Positions 20,434 through 30,434 of a DNA stretch of 64,000 nucleotides are shown piece after piece. A model generated the notes under the pieces. It had not been told where the DNA came from and did not search any database. It worked only from the letters and a program-made list of their open reading frames with translations. The position numbers and the translations under genes are program-made. The number at the start of each line of letters is the position of its first letter. Positions within the stretch are counted from its first letter, which is position 1. The DNA comes from an uncultured Gemmatimonadales bacterium (lineage in GTDB: Bacteria > Gemmatimonadota > Gemmatimonadetes > Gemmatimonadales > GWC2-71-9), in assembly GCA_963795085.1 (NCBI GenBank), contig CAWCFX010000002.1, positions 407,952 through 471,951 on the forward strand. The letters run 5' to 3'.

Positions 20434-20939
20434 TCTGCCACCTTGAGTTGATCGCGCAGCTGGGCCGCCCGCTCGAAATCTTCCGATTCGATGGCCCGCT
20501 TGAGCTGTTCCCGCAACTCGAGGCCGCCGGGGGCGCCAGCGGAAGGCTCCGCCGCGGCCCCCGCGAGGTAGCGTTCTCCCACATGGCGCGTGGCCCCGTG
20601 GAGGCGGCGCAGGAGGTCGCGGAGCGGCTCCCCCAGCGCACGATAGCAGTCGGGGCACCCCAGCCGCCCTGATTCCCGGAAGTCCGAAAGCGTCGCGCCG
20701 CAACTCCCGCAGGAGAAAGCCAATTCGCCCACCCCCGCAGGGGTTGCGTCCTTGAGCCCCTGCCCCATGGCGGCGATGTAGCTCGCCAGCGGCGACTTGC
20801 CGAGGGACGCGGCGTTCTCCAGGCCCCGCTCCGCGGCGCACTGCTCGCACAGGTGGACCTTGGTCACCTGCCCCTCGGCCACCTGGGTCAGCTCCATCAC
20901 GGCATCGCGTTCCTGGCACTGGCTGCAGATCATGCGCAC
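20430..20939 (-). CDS. mcsA: McsB activator McsA
   Basis: Four CxxC motifs and a C-terminal UVR domain (EDFERAAQLRD). Confidence 0.92.
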   Translation of the reverse strand: MRMICSQCQERDAVMELTQVAEGQVTKVHLCEQCAAERGLENAASLGKSPLASYIAAMGQGLKDATPAGVGELAFSCGSCGATLSDFRESGRLGCPDCYRALGEPLRDLLRRLHGATRHVGERYLAGAAAEPSAGAPGGLELREQLKRAIESEDFERAAQLRDQLKVAE

Positions 20940-20949
20940 TCGTTCCTTG

Positions 20950-21651
20950 TCACGGCTCGGTCCTCACCGCTTCATGCGGCACCAGCCGCCCCTCGTCCAG
21001 CATCAGGACCCGGTCGGCCCGGTTGGCCAGGCTCCAGTTGTGAGTCACCGCCACGAGCGCGGTCTCGAACTCCCGTGACAGGGTGGCGAACAGCCGGTGC
21101 AGGCGCTCGCCGTTGAAGTGGTCGAGGTTGCCGGAGGGTTCGTCCGCCAGGACCACGACCGGGTCGCCCACCAGGGCGCGGGCCACCGCCACCCGCTGCT
21201 GCTCGCCCCCGGAAAGCTGGCCCGGGCGATGGGTCATCCGCCCCGCCAGGCCCACCGCGGCGAGCAGCTCCTCCGCTTTGGACCGGGCCCGGCCTTCCGG
21301 CGCGCCCCCGATGAGCAGCGGCATCATCACGTTCTCCAGCGCGCTGAACTCGCGCAGGAGGTGATGAAACTGAAACACGAACCCGATCTTTCGGTTCCGC
21401 ATCTGGCCCAGCTCGGCGGCGGTGCGTTCCCGGTACCCGGCCCCTTCCAGCAGCACCTCGCCGCCGGTGGGGAGGTCCAGCGCGCCGAGCAGGTGCAGCA
21501 GGGTGCTCTTGCCCGCCCCGCTGGCGCCCATCACGGCCACGAACTCGCCCCGGGAGACGCGCAGGTCCACGCCGGCCAGCACCTCGATGAGGCTGCCATC
21601 GCCGCCGCGGTAGGTCTTCCGCAGCTCCCGGCATTCCAGGACGGCGGTCAT
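20950..21651 (-). CDS. lolD: Lipoprotein-releasing ABC transporter ATPase
   Basis: [27 protein letters not shown]; start ATG 21651. Confidence 0.92.
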   Translation of the reverse strand: MTAVLECRELRKTYRGGDGSLIEVLAGVDLRVSRGEFVAVMGASGAGKSTLLHLLGALDLPTGGEVLLEGAGYRERTAAELGQMRNRKIGFVFQFHHLLREFSALENVMMPLLIGGAPEGRARSKAEELLAAVGLAGRMTHRPGQLSGGEQQRVAVARALVGDPVVVLADEPSGNLDHFNGERLHRLFATLSREFETALVAVTHNWSLANRADRVLMLDEGRLVPHEAVRTEP

Positions 21652-22925
21652 TCGTGCCGGATGGCGTCCACCGGGGTCAGGCTGGCCGCCGACCGGGATG
21701 GATAAATGGTGGCCAGGATGGCCAGCGTAAGGCTCGCCAGCATCACGACGATGACGTCCGACGCCTCGACATGGATTGGCAGCGCATCGATGTAGTACAC
21801 CGCCGGATCGATGCGGATCCACTTCCAGCGGTCGAACGCGAAGGCGAGCCCCAGCCCCAGCACCATGCCGACCACGACGCCGACCAGGCCGATGATCGCC
21901 CCCTGGGCCAGGAAGATCCGGGCGATGGCCGGGGACGACAGCCCCATGGCCTTGAGAATCCCGATCTCCCGGGTCTTGTCGTTGACCACCATGGTGAGCG
22001 TCCCCACGATGTTGAACGCCGCCACGATCATGATGAAGAAAATGATCAGCCCCATCGCGACCTTTTCCAGCTTGAGCGCCCCGAACAGGGTCGAGTTCTG
22101 CTGCTGCCAGTCGAAGGCCCGGTAGGGATACCCCAGCCGGTCCTCCAGCCGCTTGCCCACTTCCGGCGCGCTCCAGGGGTCCGCGACCCGCACCGCCAGG
22201 CCGGAGACGGCATCGCCCAGGCCGGTGAACTCCTGGGCCACCTCCCGGGACATGACCACCAGCTTATTGTCGTACTGGAACATGCCGGTGTCGAAGAGCC
22301 CCGTCACCTCGAACCGCCAGACCCGGGGCATCGCGACCCCGACGGCGGGATTCACCTTGAGTCCCGAGGGGGCGAACAGGGAGACCGTATCGCCCAGGCT
22401 CACGCTGAGCCGGCTGGCCAGTCGCTGGCCCAGGAGAACCGCCCCGTCCAGGCCGGCCACCGTGGGCCGGAACTGCAGGTCGCCCCGGGTAATGGATGAG
22501 GGAAAAGTGGTGACCGCCGCCGTGCCGGTGTCGGCCTCGAACCCGACGATCTGGACCCCCTCGAAATAGTCCGCTCCCGAATTGATTACGGATTCACTGA
22601 GCACCTCGGGCGTGACCGCGATCACCCCCGGCTCAGTGCGTACCGAGTCCATGACCCGGCGCCAGTCGTCCAGCCGGAGCCCGCTCCCGAAGGTGAGGAT
22701 GCGGAGGTGCGGGCTGCCGACCAGGATCCGGTCCCGCAGGTCATCAACGAGGCCGTTCATCACGCCCAGCACACAGATCAGCGCCATCACTCCGACCGCG
22801 ACTCCCCCGGCGGAGATCAGGGTGATGAGCGAGGCGCCCCGGCGGGACTTCCGGCTCTGGAGGTAGCGGCGGGCAATGCGCCGCTCCAGCGGCGTCGGCC
22901 AGAGGGCGCGGAGATCGATTCTCAT
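21648..22925 (-). CDS. lolE: Lipoprotein-releasing ABC transporter permease LolC/E
   Basis: IARRYL, VMNG, AAFNI, EIGILKAMG, YPSRSA. Confidence 0.88.
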   Translation of the reverse strand: MRIDLRALWPTPLERRIARRYLQSRKSRRGASLITLISAGGVAVGVMALICVLGVMNGLVDDLRDRILVGSPHLRILTFGSGLRLDDWRRVMDSVRTEPGVIAVTPEVLSESVINSGADYFEGVQIVGFEADTGTAAVTTFPSSITRGDLQFRPTVAGLDGAVLLGQRLASRLSVSLGDTVSLFAPSGLKVNPAVGVAMPRVWRFEVTGLFDTGMFQYDNKLVVMSREVAQEFTGLGDAVSGLAVRVADPWSAPEVGKRLEDRLGYPYRAFDWQQQNSTLFGALKLEKVAMGLIIFFIMIVAAFNIVGTLTMVVNDKTREIGILKAMGLSSPAIARIFLAQGAIIGLVGVVVGMVLGLGLAFAFDRWKWIRIDPAVYYIDALPIHVEASDVIVVMLASLTLAILATIYPSRSAASLTPVDAIRHE

Positions 22926-24445
22926 GCCGGGTCCCCGTCCATTTCCGGGCGCATGGCCGGGAACAGGATGACGTCCCGGATGGACGGCTGGTCCGCGAGC
23001 AGCATGATCAGCCGGTCAATGCCCAGGCCGAGCCCTCCGGCCGGCGGCATACCATACTCGAGGGCGCGCACGTAGTCCGCGTCGTACGGCTGGGCCTCGG
23101 CGTCACCCCTGGTGTGGAGCTCCGCCTGGGCTTCGAAGCGCTGCCGCTGGTCGGCCGGATCGTTCAGTTCGCTAAAGGCATTGGCGATTTCACGGCCCAG
23201 GATGAACAGTTCGAACCGCTCGGTCAGGAACGGGTCGGACCGGTGTTCCTTGGCCAGCGGCGAAAGCGGCTTGGGATAATCAATGACGAAGGTGGGCTGA
23301 ATGAGGGTGGGCTCCAGGAACACCCGGAAGACCTCGTCCATCAGGCGGGCCCCGCTCAGCGCCGCGACCGCGTCGGCCGGCTCCCGGGCCGCCACCAGAG
23401 CCTCCCGCATGGCCGGCTCGGAGGCGACCCGGAGATCCAGCCCGGAGGTGTCCTGCACCCCGGCCAGGAAAGAAACCCGCCGCCACGGCGGAGTGAAGTC
23501 GAGCCGGTGGCCTCCCCGGTCGAGAAACAGGGTGCCGCAACAGTGCTGGACCACGCCGCTCACCATCTGCTCGGCGGTGTCCATGACGTCCCGGTAGTCG
23601 GCGTAGGCCTGGTAGAACTCCAGCATGGTGAACTCGGGGAGGTGGGTCCGGTCCATCCCTTCGTTCCGGAAATCGTGGCCGATCTCGTACACCCGCTCGA
23701 ATCCGCCCACCAGCAGCCGTTTGAGATACAGCTCGTCGGCAATCCGCAGGTATAGCGGCATGTCGAGCGCGTGGTGGACGGTGGTGAAGGGCCGGGCCGC
23801 CGCGCCGCCGTAGAGGGGCTGCAGGATCGGGGTCTCGACTTCCAGGAAGCCGCGATCGTCCAGGAAGCGGCGCAGCCAGGCGATGGCCCGGGCCCGCAGG
23901 GTGAACACGGCGCGCACATCGGGGTGAACCGCCAGGTCGGCGTAGCGCTGCCGGTATCGGAACTCCATGTCGGCCACCCCGCCGTAGGTCCGGGTCGAGC
24001 CGTCCTCCAGCACTTCCACTTTGGGCCGGGGCAGCGGCTTGACCGACTTCGACAGCAGGGTCACCTCGGCCGCCCGAATGGTGACCTCCCCGGTCTTCGT
24101 CTTCATGAGCCGGCCCCGCACGCCGATATGGTCGTCGAGGTCGAGCAGCCGGACCAGCTCCCAGGCCGGTCCCAGGTCATCGGCGCGGAGATACACCTGG
24201 ATCCGGCCGCTCGCATCCTCTACGTGCCCGAAGGTGGTCTTACCCTTGGAACGCCAGGACTGGACCCGGCCGGCGACCGCCACCTCGGGCCCCAGGTCGC
24301 CCTGCTGGTCCTGGTACAGGGCGAGCGCCTCCCGGGCCATGTGGCTGGGCCGGTAGCCATAGGCATAGGGCCGGATCCCCAGCGCCGTGATGGCGGCCAG
24401 TTTCTCGCGGCGGTGCCGCTCCGGCTGGCTCAACTCGTCGCTCAC
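22922..24445 (-). CDS. lysS: Lysine--tRNA ligase (class II)
   Basis: RYRQRY, GGAAARPF, FRNEG, YGMPPAGGLGLGIDR. Confidence 0.96.
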   Translation of the reverse strand: MSDELSQPERHRREKLAAITALGIRPYAYGYRPSHMAREALALYQDQQGDLGPEVAVAGRVQSWRSKGKTTFGHVEDASGRIQVYLRADDLGPAWELVRLLDLDDHIGVRGRLMKTKTGEVTIRAAEVTLLSKSVKPLPRPKVEVLEDGSTRTYGGVADMEFRYRQRYADLAVHPDVRAVFTLRARAIAWLRRFLDDRGFLEVETPILQPLYGGAAARPFTTVHHALDMPLYLRIADELYLKRLLVGGFERVYEIGHDFRNEGMDRTHLPEFTMLEFYQAYADYRDVMDTAEQMVSGVVQHCCGTLFLDRGGHRLDFTPPWRRVSFLAGVQDTSGLDLRVASEPAMREALVAAREPADAVAALSGARLMDEVFRVFLEPTLIQPTFVIDYPKPLSPLAKEHRSDPFLTERFELFILGREIANAFSELNDPADQRQRFEAQAELHTRGDAEAQPYDADYVRALEYGMPPAGGLGLGIDRLIMLLADQPSIRDVILFPAMRPEMDGDPA

Positions 24446-25546
24446 GCCGGCTTTCCCCCGTATTGCTTGAGAAACGCTTCGATGAACCCGTCGAGGTCTC
24501 CGTCCATCACCCGGTGGACATCGCCCACCTTGAGCTCGGTCCGGTGGTCGTTGACCATGGTGTAGGGCTGAAAGACGTAGGACCGGATCTGGTTGCCCCA
24601 GGAGTTGTCGGTCTTGGTGGCTTCGACCAGGGCCCGGGCGGCTTCCTGCTCCTCCAGTTTCTTCTGGTACAGCGCGGCCCGGAGCATTTTCAGCGCGGTC
24701 GCCTTGTTCTTGCCCTGGCTCCGCTCCTGCTGGCAGCTCACCACGGTGTTCGTGGGGATATGGGTGAGGCGCACCGCCGAGGAGGTCTTGTTGACGTGCT
24801 GGCCGCCGGCCCCGGAGGCCCGGAAGACGTCCATCCGGATGTCCTCGTCCCGCAGTTCGATTTCGATGGTGTCGTCGATATCGGGATACAGGAACACCGA
24901 TGCGAAAGAGGTGTGGCGGCGCGCCTGGGAATCAAAAGGAGAGATCCGCACCAGCCGGTGGACGCCCTTCTCCGCCTTGAGGTACCCATAGGCGTACTGG
25001 CCCTTGATCTCGATGGTGGCCGACTTGATCCCGGCCTCTTCGCCGGGTAGCAGATCGAGAATGGTCACCTCGAAATCGTGCCGCTCGGCCCAGCGCACGT
25101 ACATCCGAAGCAGCATGTCGGCCCAGTCCTGCGACTCGGTGCCACCGGCGCCGGGGTGAATTGTCAGGATCGCATCGCGCCCGTCATCGGGGCCACTCAG
25201 CATGGCCTGCAGCTCGAAGGCCGCGGTGCGCTCCTCCAGCGCAGCGGCCTCCGCCTCGAGGTCCGCCGTCATCCCCGCATCCGGCTCTGCTTCGAGCATC
25301 TCGGCCAGGCCGGCCGCTCCCTCGAGCCGGGACACCAGCTCCCGGTACGGTGCCACTATCGCCTTGAGCTGCTTGGCCTCCTGCACGACACCACGGGCCC
25401 GCTCCGGATTACTCCAGAAGTTGGGATCCGCCTGCCGGGCGTCCAGTTTCTCCAGTTGAGCTTCCTTGTCAGCCACGTCAAAGAAAGTCACGCAACTCGG
25501 AGAGGCGCCGATTGAGTTCGTCGAAACGTTCGGTCAAAGCAGACAT
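24442..25546 (-). CDS. prfB: Peptide chain release factor 2 with programmed +1 frameshift
   Basis: SPF and GGQ motifs; 22-codon upstream frame from ATG 25546 (MSALTERFDELNRRLSELRDFL) ending CTT TGA C. Confidence 0.95.
25477..25483 (-). promoter_or_regulatory. RF2 autoregulatory +1 frameshift site CTT-TGA-C
   Basis: Plus-strand gtcaaag is CTTTGAC on the minus strand, joining the two prfB frames. Confidence 0.93.
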
Positions 25547-25580
25547 CGGACTATCCTCGTCTGGGTCCGGAATGTGACTC

Positions 25581-25614
25581 GAGCCGCGCTCCCGGATGGT
25601 GCGGGAGGCGGCTC
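25581..25614. terminator. GC-rich hairpin between the zinc-ribbon gene and prfB
   Basis: gagccgc(g)ctcccg-gatggtg-cgggaggcggctc; no clear U-tract. Confidence 0.4.
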
Positions 25615-25660
25615 ATGGTAAAATAAACCGTTGTCGCGATTGGGGATACCTACTGCGACT

Positions 25661-26416
25661 TCACCAGAGTTTCTCGCCTCCCGCCAGGATATCGTTCAGG
25701 GCGTCATTGAAATAGGTGGTGGACTCGGCGATCTCGGCGCCGACCTGGTCGCGGTATTCCTCCCAGCTCTTCTTGATCTCTTCCCCGAACGCTTCCTTGA
25801 GGGTCCCGGAGCGAAGCCCCTCCTGCCGCCGGTCGGGGTAATAGACCACGAGGTCAGAGATCAGGGCCCGCGCCAGGCGGCGTGCCTTCTGCTGCGGATC
25901 CTGCGACATGAACGGGTTGACCAGCCGGCGCCCAGCGGGCGGTGTGGCGGCCGCCGGCGGGGCCGGCCGTGGCGGCGGGGCCGGAGGAATGGCGGCTGCC
26001 GGACGCGCCGCTTCGGACCCGCTGGACCGGGTCGGTGCGGCGACCGGCGGAATCGCGACCGAAGGCCGAGGCTGCCCGGTCGTCACTCCCCGGGGCGCGG
26101 TGGTTCGAGGCAGGGGCGCCGGCTCAGGGGCGGGCCGGGACTCCGGCTCCTCAAACACCGGCGCAGGCAGGGGCGGCTCGGGCGCGGGCGGTGGGGGTGG
26201 CGGGGGCGGCAGCGGCGCGGCCTCCACGACCTCCCTGGGGGCCGGGGTGGGGACGGCCTCCTGGAACGGTTCGCTGGCCCGGGGCCGGGCATCTGCCGGG
26301 GCCGGCACCTGGAATACCGCGGCGCAACTACGGCAGCGCGCCCGTACGCCGCGCTCGGGGACCTTGGCGGGGTCCACCCGGTACACCGTGCTGCAACTGG
26401 GACAGATGACGTTCAT
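25661..26416 (-). CDS. Zinc-ribbon (MJ0042-type finger) protein with Pro-rich linker
   Basis: MNVICPSCSTVYRVD...RCRSC; Pro/Ala linker; helical C-terminal domain (ARRLARALISDL). Confidence 0.85.
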   Translation of the reverse strand: MNVICPSCSTVYRVDPAKVPERGVRARCRSCAAVFQVPAPADARPRASEPFQEAVPTPAPREVVEAAPLPPPPPPPPAPEPPLPAPVFEEPESRPAPEPAPLPRTTAPRGVTTGQPRPSVAIPPVAAPTRSSGSEAARPAAAIPPAPPPRPAPPAAATPPAGRRLVNPFMSQDPQQKARRLARALISDLVVYYPDRRQEGLRSGTLKEAFGEEIKKSWEEYRDQVGAEIAESTTYFNDALNDILAGGEKLW

Positions 26417-26423
26417 GCTTCCC

Positions 26424-27401
26424 CTAGCGCTCAGGTCGTGGGGCGCCCGGTTCCGGCGGGTCACCGGAGGTCCGCCGGTCCACAACGAAGACAGACCCAG
26501 GCAGGGTCTTGGCGTAGCTCTTCATCTCGGTGGCCAACTCGCTCACCTGGGCCGGATGAGCGAACCGCCGGTTCCGGTTGGTAACGATGCCGATGGACAG
26601 CGTCATCAGGGGGACCCGGTGCAGCTGTCCCCGGCGGTCCTTTCCGAAGAAATACCCGGCCCGCCGGTCCTGGTCGTTGTACTGCAGCGGCATCAACGTG
26701 TCGAAGACGTTGAGGATTTCGGTGCAGACGACGCTGATATCGCCGGAGGGAATGATAAAGATGAAATCATCGCCCCCGATGTGGCCCACGAACCCGCGAC
26801 TGCCGGACATGCCCTTGACCACGTCATGCAGCAGCCGGGAGACCAGATAGATGACCCGGTCGCCGTCGTAATAGCTGTACCGGTCGTTGAATTCCTTGAA
26901 GTGGTCCAGGTCGGCATAGCAGACGGCGAACTCGGTGCCCGCTTCCAGTTGCCGGCGGATCTCGCGCTCGATTTCGGTGGTGCCGGGAAGCCGGGTAGAG
27001 GGATGCACCGACACATCGCGCTGGGTGCGGACCAGCATGGCCTCGAGCCGGGCTCGTTGCTCGGCGGGCGAGAAGAGCCCGGTGATGACCTCGTCGGTCC
27101 CCGCCGCGAACCAGCTCTGCACCCGTTCGGCATCATGCGATTCGGAGAGCATGGCGACCGGGACGATGGCGGTAAAGGCGTCGCCCTTGAGCCGGGCCAC
27201 CAGTTCGGTACCATCCTTGCCCGGCCGGTTGGCGTCCACGAACAGGATGCAGGGGAACCCGCGAAGAACGATGGACTCGACCTCCTCGGCCGATTCCAGG
27301 ACCATCAGGGGGAACGCCTTGGCCTCCACCCACTGGCGCACCAGGGGGTGGACCGGGCGCGCGTCCGGCGAGTAATAGAGAATCGTCGGCCGAGTTCGCA
27401 C
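26424..27401 (-). CDS. Receiver-like + GGDEF domain protein (GGDDF variant)
   Basis: YADLDHFKEFND, GDRVI, GHIGGDDF; degenerate N-terminal REC. Confidence 0.88.
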   Translation of the reverse strand: MRTRPTILYYSPDARPVHPLVRQWVEAKAFPLMVLESAEEVESIVLRGFPCILFVDANRPGKDGTELVARLKGDAFTAIVPVAMLSESHDAERVQSWFAAGTDEVITGLFSPAEQRARLEAMLVRTQRDVSVHPSTRLPGTTEIEREIRRQLEAGTEFAVCYADLDHFKEFNDRYSYYDGDRVIYLVSRLLHDVVKGMSGSRGFVGHIGGDDFIFIIPSGDISVVCTEILNVFDTLMPLQYNDQDRRAGYFFGKDRRGQLHRVPLMTLSIGIVTNRNRRFAHPAQVSELATEMKSYAKTLPGSVFVVDRRTSGDPPEPGAPRPER

Positions 27402-27432
27402 CCTCTACCCTCGTAAGAAGTGATAGGAAGCT

Positions 27433-27461
27433 AACTTACGGGCCTTGGACAGAGAAGTCAA
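27433..27461 (-). promoter_or_regulatory. Putative sigma70 promoter for REC-GGDEF
   Basis: TTGACT-17 bp-TAAGTT on the minus strand, about 30 bp upstream of the start. Confidence 0.55.
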
Positions 27462-27480
27462 ATGGGCCTCGGCTGAGAGA

Positions 27481-27515
27481 AATTTCAGATTGACGATTTC
27501 AGATTTCGGATTGGT
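27481..27515. repeat. Degenerate 7-bp tandem repeat (GATTTCA)x5
   Basis: aatttca gattgac gatttca gatttcg gattggt. Confidence 0.65.
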
Positions 27516-27560
27516 CATTCTCAGACCGCGGCATCCGGCCTCTGCAGTGCCCCTCGCGAT

Positions 27561-29321
27561 CTACAGGAAAAACGCCGCCACCCCGACCATCGCGTAGAGG
27601 GCCAGCAATTGGACGCCCTCGAACCAGTGAGACTCGCCGTCCAGGGTGATGATGGCGGTCGCGATGGTGGACACCCCAATGGCTGCCACCTCGAAGGGGG
27701 TGAAGACCAGGTTCATGTTCTGGCCCAGGATCAGCCCGGCCAGCACCAGCAGTGGCGCCACCAGCAGGGCTACCTGGGTGCTGGATCCCAGCGCGATATT
27801 GAGCGCCAGGTCCATCTTGCCCTTGCGCGCCACCACGATCGCGGTGGCATGCTCCGCGGCGTTGCCGATAATCGGGATTATGATCAGGCCCAGGAACATC
27901 TCGCTGAGGCCCAGCGTCGCGGTAACCGCCTCCACCGAGTGCACCAGGATTTCGGACTCAAGGGCGACCCCGGCGGTGGCAACGCCCAGGACCAGGATGG
28001 CCTTGCCGATGCTCCAGGGCGTGCCCGCCTGCTCATGCTTTTCGCCCATGAACAGGTCCTGGTGGGTCTTGAGGGCAAACAGCAGGGAAAAGAGATAGGT
28101 CACACCGAGAACGATGGCCACCCCTTCCGACATCCAGAGCTCCTGCTGGGCGGCTCTCGGGTGCAGCGCGTGAAAAATCGCGGGAAACAGTAACCCGGCC
28201 ACCGCGAGGGCGAGCATCGCGGAACTCATGCCGGCCGCCGTCCGGTTGAACCGGAGGATCGGGCGACCGCGCGATCCGGCAATCAGGGAGAGGCCCAGGA
28301 TCAGCAGGAGGTTTCCGAGGATGCTGCCGGTGATCGAGGCCTTGACCAGTTCCACCAGCCCGGCCCGGAGCGCTACGATCGCGATGATCAGTTCGGCCGC
28401 GTTGCCGAAGGTGGCATTGAGAAACCCCCCCATCGCGGGGCCGGTTCGGTGGGCCAGGTGTTCGGTGGCCTCGCCCATGTAACCGGCCAGGGGAATGACG
28501 CCGAGGCAGGCGATCCCGAAGATCAGCACCGGCGAGGCGTGCATGGAGTTGAGCACGATGCTGGCCGGAACCGCCAGCAACAGGATGTTGCGCCAGGTGA
28601 AAATCGGATTGCGATGGGCGAGGATCGCGGGCCGCGGCGCGGACCGGGGCGACGGGAGAGCGTCGTCCCGCTCCGCGGAAGGCGTAGTCTCCTCTGTGCG
28701 AGGCCGGTCCCGGGCCGCACGCTCCCGAACCGGACGCTCCCGCTCGCTGCGTTCCTTGCGCTCCCGTCCCCGGCCTCTGGCTTCGGGTTCGCCCGCTGGC
28801 TGTCGCGCGGCGCCTGGTTCCCGAGGTTCCCTCGACTCCTTCGGTTCCCTGGGCTCCCGGGGCGCATCTGCAGGCGCGGGTTTCTTCTCGGCCGGAGGCG
28901 CCAGCAGAGAGCGGGCCCGGTCGGCACTCCCGCCGGCGGCCAGGGCCTGCTGGACCACGCCGCGCCGCTCCCGGAGCAACGCCAGCCACAGGTGTTCCGG
29001 CTCTACGGCCGGCTGGCCCTGCTGCCGAGCCTCGGTGGCGGCCAGGTCAAGGATCTTGCGGGCCCCCGACCGTACCCCCATGTCCGCCGCGGAAACCGTG
29101 CGGTCTCCCGGTTTGACGCTGGCATCGAGGTGAGCCCGGATCGCGGCCGAGTCCATCTCGGCCTTTGCCACCAGGGTATCGCCGTGGCCCGAAGGATCGG
29201 CCAGCAGCGCAAGGAGGAGATGCTCGGAGCCGATGAAATCGTGGCCCAGGCGCGCGGCCTCCGCCTTGGCCCCGTCCACCAGGCTTGCGGCCGCAGGGCT
29301 GAGGGTGTGGTTCGTCGTCAT
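27561..29321 (-). CDS. Clp N-terminal repeat domain fused to a Ca2+/H+ antiporter (CAX/ChaA)
   Basis: AARLGHDFIGSEHLLLALL and VEPEHLWLALL repeats; charged linker; two GNAAE motifs and GSSTQVAL of CAX. Confidence 0.88.
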   Translation of the reverse strand: MTTNHTLSPAAASLVDGAKAEAARLGHDFIGSEHLLLALLADPSGHGDTLVAKAEMDSAAIRAHLDASVKPGDRTVSAADMGVRSGARKILDLAATEARQQGQPAVEPEHLWLALLRERRGVVQQALAAGGSADRARSLLAPPAEKKPAPADAPREPREPKESREPREPGAARQPAGEPEARGRGRERKERSERERPVRERAARDRPRTEETTPSAERDDALPSPRSAPRPAILAHRNPIFTWRNILLLAVPASIVLNSMHASPVLIFGIACLGVIPLAGYMGEATEHLAHRTGPAMGGFLNATFGNAAELIIAIVALRAGLVELVKASITGSILGNLLLILGLSLIAGSRGRPILRFNRTAAGMSSAMLALAVAGLLFPAIFHALHPRAAQQELWMSEGVAIVLGVTYLFSLLFALKTHQDLFMGEKHEQAGTPWSIGKAILVLGVATAGVALESEILVHSVEAVTATLGLSEMFLGLIIIPIIGNAAEHATAIVVARKGKMDLALNIALGSSTQVALLVAPLLVLAGLILGQNMNLVFTPFEVAAIGVSTIATAIITLDGESHWFEGVQLLALYAMVGVAAFFL

Positions 29322-29374
29322 GGGATCGGGTGAACCGGGGCCCGCTCCGGAGCGGTCATCAGGCGGGGGCGCGG

Positions 29375-29542
29375 TCAGAGGGGTTTGGCTTCGTCAATCA
29401 GCATGATTGGGATCCCGTCTTCCACCGGGTACACCAGCCGGCACGCCAGGCATACCAGCGACTCGGGCTCTTGGCGATACTCGAGTTCGCCCCGGCACTT
29501 GGGGCAGACCAGGATCTCCAGCAGGTCGGGCGGCAGCGTCAT
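29375..29542 (-). CDS. Trm112-family protein (absent from ORF track)
   Basis: [22 protein letters not shown]...[31 protein letters not shown] overlap with era. Confidence 0.9.
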   Translation of the reverse strand: MTLPPDLLEILVCPKCRGELEYRQEPESLVCLACRLVYPVEDGIPIMLIDEAKPL

Positions 29543-30417
29543 GGGTCGCGGTGTTCAGGGAATCCGAACCGGGTCAGGGCCGCGGCATTCTTGCGCCAGT
29601 TCGGCAGCACTTTGACCCAGCAGTCGAGATACACGGGATCGCCGATCAGCGTCTCCAGCCGGCGCCGGGCATGGCTTCCGAGCGCCTTGATGGTCCGTCC
29701 GCCGGCGCCGATCAGGATCGCTTTCTGGGTCTCCCGCTCGACGTACAGGGTCACCCGAATGTACACGGGTCGGTCGTCCTCGCGGTACTCCTCCACCTGC
29801 GCATTGAAGGCATAGGGCACCTCCTCTTCCAGCAACTCGAAGGCCGCCTCCCGGAGGTACTCCTCCACGAAGAAACGCATGGGCTGGGTCCCGATGTCGC
29901 CGGAATCGTACTCGAAAGGCCGTTCCGGCAGCAGCGGCTCGATCCGGGCCAGCAGTTGGGACAATCCCGCCCCCTGCTCCGAGGTGACCAGGCTACCGCC
30001 CTCCATGAGCCGCGCCCGCTCCTCGGCGGACACGACGTCGCCCTTGGTGTAGACCGCCACCACCGGTGCCCTGGGCGGCCGAGCCAGCCGGGCAACCTCG
30101 TGGAAGGGCGGCGCCGGGGCTTCCGGGGCGGGATGGAGGTGGAGGATGACGTCGGCCCGGTCCAGCTGGTCCAGCGCCGCCGCCCGCATCCGCTCCTGCA
30201 TGAGGTAGGACGGCTCCAGGAGCCCGGGAAGATCGTGGAAAATGTACTGGGTCGAGCCCTCGGTCCGCAGTCCCACCACGGGAAGCCGGGTCGCCTGGGG
30301 CTTGGGACTCACGATGCCGAGGTGTTCCCCGATCAGCAGGTTGAGAAGGGTGGACTTGCCCACATTGGGCAGCCCGGTCAGCGCCACGTGGCCGGAACGG
30401 GTCGCGGGTTCGGTCAT
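29539..30417 (-). CDS. era: GTPase Era
   Basis: [25 protein letters not shown]-domain ILIGAGG; start ATG 30417. Confidence 0.93.
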   Translation of the reverse strand: MTEPATRSGHVALTGLPNVGKSTLLNLLIGEHLGIVSPKPQATRLPVVGLRTEGSTQYIFHDLPGLLEPSYLMQERMRAAALDQLDRADVILHLHPAPEAPAPPFHEVARLARPPRAPVVAVYTKGDVVSAEERARLMEGGSLVTSEQGAGLSQLLARIEPLLPERPFEYDSGDIGTQPMRFFVEEYLREAAFELLEEEVPYAFNAQVEEYREDDRPVYIRVTLYVERETQKAILIGAGGRTIKALGSHARRRLETLIGDPVYLDCWVKVLPNWRKNAAALTRFGFPEHRDP

Positions 30418-30434
30418 CGGAGGGAGTGCGGCAA

